Source: Candidatus Latescibacterota bacterium
GTDB taxonomy: Bacteria; Latescibacterota; UBA2968; GCA-2709665
Length of the DNA stretch: 64,000 nt
Assembly (NCBI GenBank): GCA_965203805.1
Contig: OZ241917.1
Coordinates: 5,408,001-5,472,000 of the forward strand
Direction: 5' to 3'
Positions within the stretch are counted from its first letter, which is position 1; every line of letters starts with the position of its first letter. The notes beneath the pieces are model-generated. The model was not told the DNA's origin. It saw nothing but the letters and a program-made list of their open reading frames with translations, and made no database searches. Shown one piece after another: positions 51,301 to 60,830 of this stretch. A program made the translations under genes and the position numbers.

Positions 51301-51972
51301 TTACACGGGTTCCAGGTAGCTTTCCCACATGTCCAGATAGACTGCGTTACGGGCTTCGGCCGACTCCCCCCACAATTCGCGGGATGCGAAGCGCACGGCA
51401 TACAGCGATTGCTCGCGGCGCAAGCACCCCTCGGGCAGTTCGGCGTCCTGAAGGTCGTGGATTCCGTAAAAGCGCGTGATGGTTCCGGTTTTTCCCCGAA
51501 CGTACCGTGGAAGCCGCGTGTGCCCTTCGGGATGGATGTTCAGCGCCCGCACCCGGTCTCCATTTTGAAATTGCGGCCGGACGTCCGCCTGCGATGGGGT
51601 GGATTCAGCCGTTCTTCGGCTCGCCAGGTCAGCGCGGACGCCGTCCGGGTCGGCGTGGACCGGTGTTTCGGCGTCCGGCCTTTTCCGGAGCAGCGCCATT
51701 CTCGTTTCCAGCTCATCCGCCGTCAGCGCGCCGGCATCGATCAGGCCCTTGACCCTGGCGTGCAGCCACTTTTCGTAGTAGGTGGACGACAGATAGTGGG
51801 CAGGATCCATGTTTTCGATGTTGTTGCGCGAACCTCCGGGCACGGGCACGGGTGTGGCCACGGCCATTCCCAGTACGCGCCGTTCCCACTCGTGATGGAA
51901 CAGGGGTTCGTTTTCTTCGCGTACGACCGGGCCGAATCCGTGCATCCCGCCCATATCGTGTATGCCGTCCAT
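51301..51972 (-). CDS. nthB: Nitrile hydratase beta subunit
   Basis: MDGIHDMGGMHGFG, YYEKW, HTRLPRYVRGK, ELWG, WESYLE. Confidence 0.95.
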   Translation of the reverse strand: MDGIHDMGGMHGFGPVVREENEPLFHHEWERRVLGMAVATPVPVPGGSRNNIENMDPAHYLSSTYYEKWLHARVKGLIDAGALTADELETRMALLRKRPDAETPVHADPDGVRADLASRRTAESTPSQADVRPQFQNGDRVRALNIHPEGHTRLPRYVRGKTGTITRFYGIHDLQDAELPEGCLRREQSLYAVRFASRELWGESAEARNAVYLDMWESYLEPV

Positions 51973-52058
51973 CGGCGCCTCCTTCGGCCCCCGTCGTGAT
52001 GCGAATTGGTTTTGACCGCGGATCGACGGTGTGTTTCTTGCTCTGGCGTATCCTTCGA

Positions 52059-52769
52059 TCAGGCGCTTCTTGAGTCGTTTCCGTCGTACACGATGTTGCC
52101 GCGGACTCGAATGCGCTTGGGGTTTGGCACATCGGACAGCTCATCCACGCTGTGGTATCCGATGGTCATGCTCATTCGTGTGTTATCTGTCCGGTTCTGT
52201 CCGATGCCGTGGATGATCATGCTGTCGACGACCAGCATGCCTCCCGCGGGCATGGGCACGACCACGGCCTGACGGATGAGGTCCCGCGTCGGTCCGTGGT
52301 TGTGAAGGCGACCTTCGATGCCGGGAAAGTGGTGGGTACCGGGCACGATAAGGGTGGCGCCGTTTTCGGCCGTGGTTTCTTCCAGATAGAAAATTACGGT
52401 GAAGATCGTGCGGGACCACTGCCTCACGTCGCGATGGAAGCCGTCGGGCCCGGTCTCCACCGAGGTGTTCAGGGTCGCGTGGTTGTGCCGGTTCTTGACA
52501 AGTTCGATATTGGGCCCCATCAGACACGTCAGGGGGTCGAGCACGAGGGGGCTGGACGCGGTTTCCAGGAATATGGGGTCTCTGTCCACCAGGTCCGAAA
52601 TCCGCACCACCCGCCCCGCGCTGTTCCTGACAACCGGTTCCACCTCAGCCTCGATATCGGCTCGAATGGTCCTCCGGAGCCTTTCGACCGTGTGTTCGGG
52701 AATACGGTCCGGCAGCTTCAAAAAGCCGTTGTGGCGAAACAACTGTATCTGCTCGCGAGTGAGCGCCAT
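52059..52769 (-). CDS. PhyH-family Fe(II)/2OG dioxygenase (canonical HxD)
   Basis: FHRD, ENGAT..VPGTH, IHG..QN, R. Confidence 0.85.
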   Translation of the reverse strand: MALTREQIQLFRHNGFLKLPDRIPEHTVERLRRTIRADIEAEVEPVVRNSAGRVVRISDLVDRDPIFLETASSPLVLDPLTCLMGPNIELVKNRHNHATLNTSVETGPDGFHRDVRQWSRTIFTVIFYLEETTAENGATLIVPGTHHFPGIEGRLHNHGPTRDLIRQAVVVPMPAGGMLVVDSMIIHGIGQNRTDNTRMSMTIGYHSVDELSDVPNPKRIRVRGNIVYDGNDSRSA

Positions 52770-52857
52770 AGCGGGACGATCCGGCTGACAGTCCGTTGGA
52801 AAAGTCGCGCTGCAGGCGAGGTCGGCCGCAGCCCGGATGGACTTTATAAACGGGCTG

Positions 52858-53595
52858 TTAAGGTGCCTTTGGAAAAGGGTGCGGATGACCGATATAGATT
52901 CGTTCGCCCGCGACGAGGATTTTCTCCGGGTCTTCCTTGATGACATCGTGGGCGGCGTGCGCCTGGTAACCCAGTGTCATACTCCTTCGGGAAACGGCCG
53001 AGTTGTTGGTGCCGGCGCCGTGGAAGCAGGCGTCATTGAACAGCAGGACACCGCCGCGAGGCATCGGCACCGGGAGGGACTTGGTGAATAAGTCGGAGGT
53101 CTCGAATTCACCGCCCGGGCGGCGCGGACGCCTGAACGGACGCCGGTGGCTTCCAGGCACGATGCGGATGCAGCCATTGTCCAGAGTGGATTCCTCGAGG
53201 TAGATGAGGGCCGTAACCAGTGCGGGCTGGTAGGGTTCTTCTCCGCTGTGCCAGTAGACGAATTCGGATCCCGGCGGGCGGACCATGATGTGATTGTGCT
53301 TGTTCGTGAGCAATTCGATATTGGGGCCGAGAATGGACGTGAGCGGGTCCAGAACACATGGATGCGTGGCCGCGTGGAGGTAACTGCGGTCACGGGAGAG
53401 GACCTTCGAGAGCCGGCGAACGTCGTCCGGCTCGCGCGAGCCGGATTTCTCCCAGACAACCGGTTCGATCATCCCCCGGATCTGTTCGTCGGTAACGGCG
53501 TTCAGGCGTTCGACGAGATCGTCCGGCAGGGTTTCCGGAACCCTGTGGATGCCTGTGTGGTCGAAGTACCAGAGATCCTCTTCAGTCAGGCCCAA
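52858..53595 (-). CDS. PhyH-family Fe(II)/2OG enzyme with HxG motif (candidate halogenase)
   Basis: YWHSGEE, DNGC...VPGSH, FHGAG.N, RR. Confidence 0.8.
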   Translation of the reverse strand: MGLTEEDLWYFDHTGIHRVPETLPDDLVERLNAVTDEQIRGMIEPVVWEKSGSREPDDVRRLSKVLSRDRSYLHAATHPCVLDPLTSILGPNIELLTNKHNHIMVRPPGSEFVYWHSGEEPYQPALVTALIYLEESTLDNGCIRIVPGSHRRPFRRPRRPGGEFETSDLFTKSLPVPMPRGGVLLFNDACFHGAGTNNSAVSRRSMTLGYQAHAAHDVIKEDPEKILVAGERIYIGHPHPFPKAP

Positions 53596-53658
53596 GACAA
53601 TTCCCCGCGACTTGTGAACGAACGAAAGCGGTAAAACCGGGACACGGGCTTCCGCGAT

Positions 53659-53688
53659 ATGTTATGGCGGTCCGGGATGCCCTGTCAA
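53659..53688 (-). promoter_or_regulatory. Putative sigma70 promoter of phyH-phyH-nthBA unit
   Basis: TTGACA-N18-TAACAT on minus strand. Confidence 0.45.
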
Positions 53689-53926
53689 GGGTAATCTGGT
53701 GTCCGTTCCGGAGTCGAGGGAACATCGGACCGGCGGCGCGACGTTCGCGGTTTCGGAGCCGCAGAGCCGTTCATTTTTTACTGTGGCGTGAATCCCAAAA
53801 ACCGTTATATTATAGTCTGAATGCGCCTGATGTCCGCGCGGGTCGATTGTCTCAATGATTCAAAACGCCGGCGTGGACGGCTGATTGATGGCGGTCTGTT
53901 TGTATGTTCGTCGAAAGGGATGGTAC

Positions 53927-55774
53927 ATGCCGAATGCGTTGCTGGTCAGTCCCCAGAATCCCGTGACCTTCTGGAGTTTTGACGAAGCCCTGAAAATGAT
54001 CGACAAGAAGGTCGCATTCCCTCCGCTGGGGCTCCTGACCATCGCGGGGATGATGCCCGATTCCTATAACCTGCGCATGGTCGATATGAACGCACACCCG
54101 CTGATCGATGAGGATCTCGAGTGGGCGGATATCGTGATCACGTCGTCAATGATCATTCACTGGCACTCGTTGGAAGACGTGATTGCGCGCTGCAACCGGA
54201 TTGGGGTTCCCGTCCTGAACGGTGGCCCGCTGCCAACCCAATACTTCAAGGAAATTGAGGGCAACGGGGTATTTTATCTGGGCGAGGCCGAGAACGGTTT
54301 TATGGATATCGTAGACCGGCTCGCCGCCGCTTCAGGAGAGGTCAACCGGGAATACGTAGACCGCCGCGGGAGTTTTCAGGACCTGGCCGTAACGCCGCTG
54401 CCCCTCTGGTCCCTCGTCGACTTTGAAGACTACAGCAATATGGTGATCCAGGTCACGCGCGGGTGTCCGGAAAGCTGCACATTCTGCAATATTCCGTCGC
54501 TCTACGGGAAAACGACACGACTGAAGAGCAAGAGCAGAATGATCCAGGAACTCGATGCGCTCTATAACGCGGGCTGGCGCGGCGCCGTGATGGCGGTCGA
54601 CGATAACTTCGTTGGGAATCGGGATGCCATCCGGCACGCGCTTACGGACGAGGTCGTGCCGTGGCAGCAGGAGCGCGGCTACCCGTTTCAGTTCCACACC
54701 CAGGCCAGCATTCGCGTCAGCGACGATCCGGAGTTGCTCGAGGCCATGTACCAGGCGGGGTTCGACAAGGTATTCGCCGGAATCGAGTCTCCGGTAGCGG
54801 AAAGCCTGAAATTCATGGGCGCACAGAAAAATCTGCAGGGCGAGACGCCGCTCATGGACAAGGTGAAAATTCTTCAGGAAACCGGATTCGAAGTGCAGGC
54901 GGGCTTCATTATCGGGCTGGATACCGATCCGGACGATATCGCGGAACGGACCATCGCCTTCATCCGTGAGGCGGGCATTCCGGTTGCTATGGTGGGCATT
55001 CTCGGCGTATTGCGGGATACTCCGGACTACAAGAGGTTCAGCCGGCAGGGGCGGCTGGTGGAAGGCGCGAAGTACACAGGAGATTCCGGCATTTTCAGTC
55101 GTGAATTGAGCTACGTACCGCTGATCGACCCGGACACGCTGCTTGACCGGCACCGGAAGACGGTCGAACTATTGAACAGTCCGCAGGTCTTCTTCGAGCG
55201 GTGCCTGACGTTCTTCAACCACCGGAAACGCCAGCCCGTCGGCAGCATGCCGATCCGGATGCAGGAAGTCAGGGCATTCTTCCGTTCAATCTGGCGGCAG
55301 GGCGTCTGGAACAGGAATTACCGGTCGGAATACTGGAAATTCCTCTTTCAGGTGCTCATCAAGCATCCTGCCAGTCTGTCCGACGCGGTGCGGCTGGCCG
55401 TCCAGGGTCATCACCTGATTCTGACGACACAACGCGCGTTGCAGGTCGACGAAGTGAAGACGTTTCTGGACGAGGCGATCGAGCACCTGCAACACTTCCG
55501 CAATGGCTACCGCGCGGCCTACCGCAAGAACATGGGGGCGTACGCCAGCCGGCTGATGCGGACGGTTCACGACCGTCTCGAGCATTTTCAGGACGACCAT
55601 CGGACGCTTCAACAGCATACCGCGGTGTTCCGAGGCGCGGCGCAGGAGTACTACCAGGCAACCTGCGAGGAGTTCCGGCACCAGATTCACGAGCCGGTAG
55701 AACGATTCCAGCAGGATACGGAACAGCTCCTGCAGACCTTCGCGGCCGAGCGCGCCGCTCTGCAACAGTCCTGA
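53927..55774 (+). CDS. B12-binding-domain radical SAM protein (DUF4070 type)
   Basis: PPLGLLTIA, GGP, RGCPESCTFC, VDDNF, GFIIGLD.D. Confidence 0.88.
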   Translation: MPNALLVSPQNPVTFWSFDEALKMIDKKVAFPPLGLLTIAGMMPDSYNLRMVDMNAHPLIDEDLEWADIVITSSMIIHWHSLEDVIARCNRIGVPVLNGGPLPTQYFKEIEGNGVFYLGEAENGFMDIVDRLAAASGEVNREYVDRRGSFQDLAVTPLPLWSLVDFEDYSNMVIQVTRGCPESCTFCNIPSLYGKTTRLKSKSRMIQELDALYNAGWRGAVMAVDDNFVGNRDAIRHALTDEVVPWQQERGYPFQFHTQASIRVSDDPELLEAMYQAGFDKVFAGIESPVAESLKFMGAQKNLQGETPLMDKVKILQETGFEVQAGFIIGLDTDPDDIAERTIAFIREAGIPVAMVGILGVLRDTPDYKRFSRQGRLVEGAKYTGDSGIFSRELSYVPLIDPDTLLDRHRKTVELLNSPQVFFERCLTFFNHRKRQPVGSMPIRMQEVRAFFRSIWRQGVWNRNYRSEYWKFLFQVLIKHPASLSDAVRLAVQGHHLILTTQRALQVDEVKTFLDEAIEHLQHFRNGYRAAYRKNMGAYASRLMRTVHDRLEHFQDDHRTLQQHTAVFRGAAQEYYQATCEEFRHQIHEPVERFQQDTEQLLQTFAAERAALQQS

Positions 55775-55864
55775 TGTCCCGTCACCCGGACAGGTAGCCG
55801 TTCTCCCGCCGATTTCTCCCGTCTCGATACGCGGGGTCGACCTCGCGCAGGACACCAGGGCGCA

Positions 55865-57079
55865 TTACAGCTTCCAGTATTCGTCGATGTCGCGCTGGTA
55901 GGCGTTGATCTTTCCACTGATCACGTCGTTGACCTTGACGACTTCGCGGGATTTGCCCGATTCGTACAGCGCTATGCTCACCGCCTTGCTGCGCAGGCCT
56001 TCCTCCGCATCGATTTCCACGTTGCGTCCGGTGCTGATCGCGTCAATAAAGTCCCAGAGTTCCAGGGGCATGCCGCCGGTGATGCCGTAGGGAAACAGGC
56101 GTTCGTTCTCTTCTTTGCTCAAGCTTTTCCGATACATATTCACAACGCGTTCCATGCTGTACGATACCCCATCCAGTAACTGACACTCGCCGCGATGAGT
56201 GCTTGCCGCCGGATGGAAGATATCGTACTCCACGATGGTTCCCCTGCTGCCCGTCAGATTGAGTTGCAGGAATCCCTTGCCGGGGGCGCTGTTGGTCCAG
56301 GACCAGGTGCCGATAACGCCGCTCTTGAAGTTGAAGATACTCGTCCAGAAGTCCTCTCGCGTGTCGTTGATGATTCGACGTCCCTTCCGGTGCGGGCGTT
56401 TCTCAAGTTGCTCCACGCGGGCGTAGACGCTGTCTATTTCGCCGAACCAGTAGCGCATCGTATCCACCCAGTGGGCGCCGCTGTCCATCACCATGCCGCA
56501 CCCGCCCAGCCGACGGTCCACGCGCCAGTGCCAGTCCGGGAACTTCTGCGGGTCCTGCCAGGAGGCGCTGGCACCCAGCCAGAAGCGGGGTTCCCCCAGC
56601 AGCCCGCCCGCGTTGAAGGCCCAATGGATGGCGCGCTGTCCGACGCTGCGGCGGCACTGTTCGGCCGTTGCGGCAATGCGTTTGTGTTTCTTTGCCGCGG
56701 CGATTATCTTTTTCGTGGCTTTCACCGTGATGCCGATGGGTTTTTCGCAGAGAATGTGCACGCCGCCGGCAAGAAGCTCGCATGCCAGGACGTGATGCAG
56801 GCCGTGAGGGCCGCAGATATCGGCGCCGTCCAGATGTTTTTCGCCGTTGAGCAGTTCTTCCACGGTCCTGTAGGCGTTTACCGGCTCGCCGGTATGACTC
56901 TCAATTCGGTCTGCCATTTCCCTGGCGCGTTCCGGGATATCGTCCACGGCAGCGACAATGCGAAAGCGCGTTTCGTTTTTCTCGAGGAGTTCGGCGTATC
57001 CCCTGAGGTGCGCGCCGGCGATGCCGCCGCAGCCCACCATAGCCAGGTTCACCCGTCTTCCGTTGGATTGTCCGGCCAT
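55865..57079 (-). CDS. Gfo/Idh/MocA family oxidoreductase
   Basis: VGCGGIA..H, CEKP, DSGAHWVD. Confidence 0.88.
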   Translation of the reverse strand: MAGQSNGRRVNLAMVGCGGIAGAHLRGYAELLEKNETRFRIVAAVDDIPERAREMADRIESHTGEPVNAYRTVEELLNGEKHLDGADICGPHGLHHVLACELLAGGVHILCEKPIGITVKATKKIIAAAKKHKRIAATAEQCRRSVGQRAIHWAFNAGGLLGEPRFWLGASASWQDPQKFPDWHWRVDRRLGGCGMVMDSGAHWVDTMRYWFGEIDSVYARVEQLEKRPHRKGRRIINDTREDFWTSIFNFKSGVIGTWSWTNSAPGKGFLQLNLTGSRGTIVEYDIFHPAASTHRGECQLLDGVSYSMERVVNMYRKSLSKEENERLFPYGITGGMPLELWDFIDAISTGRNVEIDAEEGLRSKAVSIALYESGKSREVVKVNDVISGKINAYQRDIDEYWKL

Positions 57080-57158
57080 ACGATTCCTTTCGGTCATGAA
57101 CGCGATGCAGCCCGGCGGCCGTCTGCGCAGACGGGCCTGTCTCCTGATTGCGCGTCCC

Positions 57159-57186
57159 ATATTATCGGGTTCGGGTGATTTGTCAA
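57159..57186 (-). promoter_or_regulatory. Putative sigma70 promoter
   Basis: TTGACA-N16-TAATAT on minus strand. Confidence 0.4.
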
Positions 57187-57263
57187 GTCGTTTATTCGCG
57201 TTGAAACGAGACCCGGTGGACCGGGTTAAAACGTGTGAGGTTTCTCCAGGGAGGTAAGACAAG

Positions 57264-58133
57264 ATGTTGATTGACGCACACAACCATCCGAACTGGCATG
57301 GTTACGATGCAAAGAGAATTCTGAACAATATGGATGAACAGGGCATCGACAGGATGTGGCTGTTTACCTGGGAGGTGCCGGAAGACGAATACAATCCGTC
57401 CTACCACAAAGCCCTGCCTCCGGGCGGGGTGGGCATTCCGCTGGAAGACGTGCTGCAGGTGGGAAGGGAGGCGCGCGACCGCTTCGTGCTGGGCTATTTC
57501 CCGCACCCGAAACGGCCCGACGCGGCGGACCGCCTGCGGGCCGCGCATGAGATACACGGCATTCAGGTTGCCAGCGAGATGAAGGTGCGGGTCCTGTTCG
57601 ACGATCCGGACGCGATTCAGCTCTATAACGCCTGCGCCGACATGAATCTGCCCATAACGATCCACCTCGACTATCCGATCGGTCATGGCCGGGGAAGCTA
57701 TCCCAGACCGAACTACTGGTATGGCGGGAGTATCGAGGCATTCGAGCGGGCGGTCGCGGCATGCCCGGAAACCACGTTTATCGGTCACGCGCCGGGGTTT
57801 TGGGCGCATATCTCGGGAGACGATCTGTATGACAAAGAGTCGTATCCGCGCGCGCCGGTACTGCCGGGAGGGAAACTGTGGGATCTGATGCGCCAGTACG
57901 ACAATCTGTGGGCGGACCTCTCGGCGGGTTCGGCCCTGAACGCCCTCAAGCGCGACCCCGAGACCGGAAAGAGATTCCTCGTCGAGTTTCAGGATAAACT
58001 GCTGTGGGGCCGGGACTATTTCGACACGGCGCTGATGGATTTCTTCCAGGGCCTATCGTTGCCACGGGACGCGTACGACAAGATAACGTATCGGAACGCG
58101 TTGCGTATCCTCGGCGAATCCGAACCGGGCTAG
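57264..58133 (+). CDS. Amidohydrolase_2 family metallo-hydrolase
   Basis: IDAHNH, PITIH, FIGH, ADLSA, LWGRD, NA.R.L. Confidence 0.85.
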   Translation: MLIDAHNHPNWHGYDAKRILNNMDEQGIDRMWLFTWEVPEDEYNPSYHKALPPGGVGIPLEDVLQVGREARDRFVLGYFPHPKRPDAADRLRAAHEIHGIQVASEMKVRVLFDDPDAIQLYNACADMNLPITIHLDYPIGHGRGSYPRPNYWYGGSIEAFERAVAACPETTFIGHAPGFWAHISGDDLYDKESYPRAPVLPGGKLWDLMRQYDNLWADLSAGSALNALKRDPETGKRFLVEFQDKLLWGRDYFDTALMDFFQGLSLPRDAYDKITYRNALRILGESEPG

Positions 58134-58154
58134 GCGAGACGTCCATGGACGCAC

Positions 58155-58188
58155 AAACGCCTCCGGTCGGTCGCCTCCGGAGGCGTTT
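58155..58188. terminator. Bidirectional terminator-like hairpin
   Basis: AAACGCCTCCGG/CCGGAGGCGTTT between convergent genes. Confidence 0.6.
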
Positions 58189-58226
58189 CCCGTTCTGGAA
58201 TCGTGCCGGTCTCGGCCCGGACGTCG

Positions 58227-59345
58227 CTATCCTTTCACGAATTCCGACAATTTCCTGGCATAGGCCGCGTTGCCGTATTCCTTGAGGATGCGGTCCTGCG
58301 CACGCGCCGCGGCGTGTCTCCGCCGGGTGTCGTGGGCCAGCCACCATCGGGCCTTGTCCCGAAGCTCCTCCAGGTCGGTCCAGGTATCGATTTCAATTCC
58401 GACCTCGAAGATTTCCTCTATGCCAGCCACGTGATCGGTGAGCATGAATCCGCCGCTGCCGGTGATTGCGGTGTCCCGTTGATTCAGGTAACCGTACGCG
58501 TCGGGCGAGTTGTGCTGGTTGACGTTGATCTTCGAGGCCCTGTACACACCCGGAAGTTCCATGTAGCTCCGGAAGCCGCGATAGGAATACCGCGGCAGGT
58601 TTTCAAACGTGCCGAATCCCAGGCCGCCGTAGACGTGCACCCGTCCCAGGTCTGCGAGCGCGGCAACCACGTCCTGCCGCAGCGCCCGCTGCTGCGGGAA
58701 GGGGATGGTGTGGGTGATCCGTTTGACCAGGTCTTCGGATTCCAGGTACTCCTCCGGGCTGCCGCCCTCTTTTGTGTAGAGCGACATGATGGTGACGGAG
58801 AGGTCGCATTCCTCGTGTCGCGTCGTTCTCGCGAGTCGATGCAGTTCCATCGCCGGCGGCGGATAAAGGACGATGGCCCGTATACCGCGACTGGCGTAGA
58901 CGGCCACGCTTTCTCTGCAACACGTGGCCGCGAATTCGAACTCCGCCGTGAAATGAGGGCTCCGCAGCAGGTCCCAGGGATCGTCCTGCGTATGGGTGAC
59001 GGTCTTGCACCATGGGAATCTCTCCCGAAGTTCCGTGATGAGCCCGGGCGGCCGGTCGTCTTTGCTGAACCACCAGATGAGCAGTTCCGGTTCGTGTTCG
59101 ATAATCGTCTTGAACAAGCCTTCCCGGAATGCGTCGATGTCCCCGTATTTCAGGTCCCACGCTTCGTGTGGGGGGATGATGTCGGCCTCCTCCTTCGCCA
59201 ATGCGATATCGGCCTCGAGATGGGCTTCGATACACCCGCGCGTGGGTTGATAGAGGACGTCGTAGCCGATGCTTTTGAACCCCTGCTGAATGCTCCAGAG
59301 GGACTGGCCGGGCAGGAATCCGCCCAGAAGGAGGACCTTTGGCAT
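58227..59345 (-). CDS. CgeB-like glycosyltransferase
   Basis: QDDP, YRASKINVN, NQR....GSGGFMLTD, FEVG.EI. Confidence 0.8.
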   Translation of the reverse strand: MPKVLLLGGFLPGQSLWSIQQGFKSIGYDVLYQPTRGCIEAHLEADIALAKEEADIIPPHEAWDLKYGDIDAFREGLFKTIIEHEPELLIWWFSKDDRPPGLITELRERFPWCKTVTHTQDDPWDLLRSPHFTAEFEFAATCCRESVAVYASRGIRAIVLYPPPAMELHRLARTTRHEECDLSVTIMSLYTKEGGSPEEYLESEDLVKRITHTIPFPQQRALRQDVVAALADLGRVHVYGGLGFGTFENLPRYSYRGFRSYMELPGVYRASKINVNQHNSPDAYGYLNQRDTAITGSGGFMLTDHVAGIEEIFEVGIEIDTWTDLEELRDKARWWLAHDTRRRHAAARAQDRILKEYGNAAYARKLSEFVKG

Positions 59346-59568
59346 TCGTGAATCCTCTCAATTCAAAAAACGCGCCCGCTTCACGGGTCATCAATCGCGG
59401 GGGCGGCCGCCTTTCGTTGATGGCCAAAGATAGGCGAATTGAAAACCCTGCGAAAGACCAAAGCGGTCCGGTGTGTTCGCCTCGCTTTTTAGGTTGCCCG
59501 ATGCGGACTTTTGTCCTTATTTGGAATCACGAGCCTTCGCGCGCGGCCCCTCGATCGGAGGTGCAACG

Positions 59569-60429
59569 TTGACTACGGACACAGACCTGGCTGCGCCCCG
59601 CACTTCATTGCGGGCATGGTGGTCGAACGACGGTCATCGCTTCCTGCCGCCGGCGCTCATCACCTGCATTCTTGTCGGCAGTCAGATTACGTTTGGCATT
59701 CTCGAAGGTCTGTCGAAAACGGCGTTGGCGATCGCGGTTGCCATTGGCGCGGAGGCCGTGCTCGGCCGGCTGTACGGAAGCCGCAAAGCGAATTTCGTGA
59801 GCGGTTACATTACCGGAATCAGTGTGGGGATTCTGATCCGCTCGCTCTGGCTCTGGCCCTATGCGCTTTGCAGCGCGGTGTCGATTCTTTCCAAGTACGT
59901 GATCCGCTGGCGCGGGCGGCATCTCTGGAATCCTTCAAATCTCGGCGTGTGCGCGATGTTCTTCCTGGCGCCGGAGATGGCCGCCGGGCTGAGCGTTCAG
60001 TGGGGCAACGCCGTCTGGGTCATGCTGGTGATCTGGATCTTTGGCTGGATGGCCGTGTGGCGGGTAAAGCGTTTGCACATCTGCCTGACGTACGTGGTGT
60101 CGTTCCTGGTGCTGGGGTTTGTTCGAAGTCACATGACGGGGCAGGCGTATCTGGCCGGCATCGCTCCAATAACGGGGCCGATGTACCAACTGTTTATCTT
60201 CTTTATGATTACCGATCCGAAGACAACGGTGAAGTCCAGGCGGGGCCAGTGCTGGGTTGCGTTTTCCGTGGCGGCGGTCGAAGCGGTATTTCGTTTGCAT
60301 GAACAGGTCTATGCCCCGTTCTACGCGTTGTTCATTGTGGGGCCGTTCGCGAACGCCGCGGAAATCTGGTTCAAAGGGCGAGGCGCCGTTTCAACGGCAG
60401 GTGGAACCCGTGGAGAAGTCGGCGGTTGA
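59569..60429 (+). CDS. RnfD/NqrB-like (UnbU-like) membrane protein
   Basis: SGYITG, SKY.IR..GRHLWNPSN, FIFFMITDPKT. Confidence 0.7.
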   Translation: MTTDTDLAAPRTSLRAWWSNDGHRFLPPALITCILVGSQITFGILEGLSKTALAIAVAIGAEAVLGRLYGSRKANFVSGYITGISVGILIRSLWLWPYALCSAVSILSKYVIRWRGRHLWNPSNLGVCAMFFLAPEMAAGLSVQWGNAVWVMLVIWIFGWMAVWRVKRLHICLTYVVSFLVLGFVRSHMTGQAYLAGIAPITGPMYQLFIFFMITDPKTTVKSRRGQCWVAFSVAAVEAVFRLHEQVYAPFYALFIVGPFANAAEIWFKGRGAVSTAGGTRGEVGG

Positions 60430-60457
60430 TCGTGCAACCATGCGCAAGGAGGTGGCG

Positions 60458-60769
60458 ATGAAAACGGAAATTACGGGGAAGAACCTGGAGGTGTCCGGCC
60501 GCTTGCGGGAGTACATCGAAAAGGAAACAGAAAAACTGAGGCAATTCTATGAACCGATCCTGGACACGCGGATAACCCTGGAGCGGGAAAACCGGATATT
60601 CCGGATTGAGATTGTGGTGCACGTCCACAACCACATCTTGAAGGCCACCGACGAACAGGATGTCATTCACCCCGCGCTTGGCGGCGCCATCGACAAGATG
60701 GTCCGACAGCTCAAGCGCGTCAAGGAGAGACAACGCAGGCCGCGGGCGCCCGCACCGGCACGCGACTGA
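60458..60769 (+). CDS. hpf: Ribosome hibernation promoting factor (short HPF/RaiA)
   Basis: ITGKNLEV...LREYIE.....L, AIDKMVRQLKR.KE. Confidence 0.88.
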   Translation: MKTEITGKNLEVSGRLREYIEKETEKLRQFYEPILDTRITLERENRIFRIEIVVHVHNHILKATDEQDVIHPALGGAIDKMVRQLKRVKERQRRPRAPAPARD

Positions 60770-60786
60770 GCGACGGCGTTACGATC

Positions 60787-60819
60787 GAAACGCTTCCGGC
60801 TACCGCCGGGAGCGTTTTC
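60787..60819 (+). terminator. Intrinsic terminator after hpf
   Basis: GAAACGCTTCCGG/CCGGGAGCGTTTTC followed by T-rich tract. Confidence 0.6.
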
Positions 60820-60830
60820 TGTTTGGCCGG

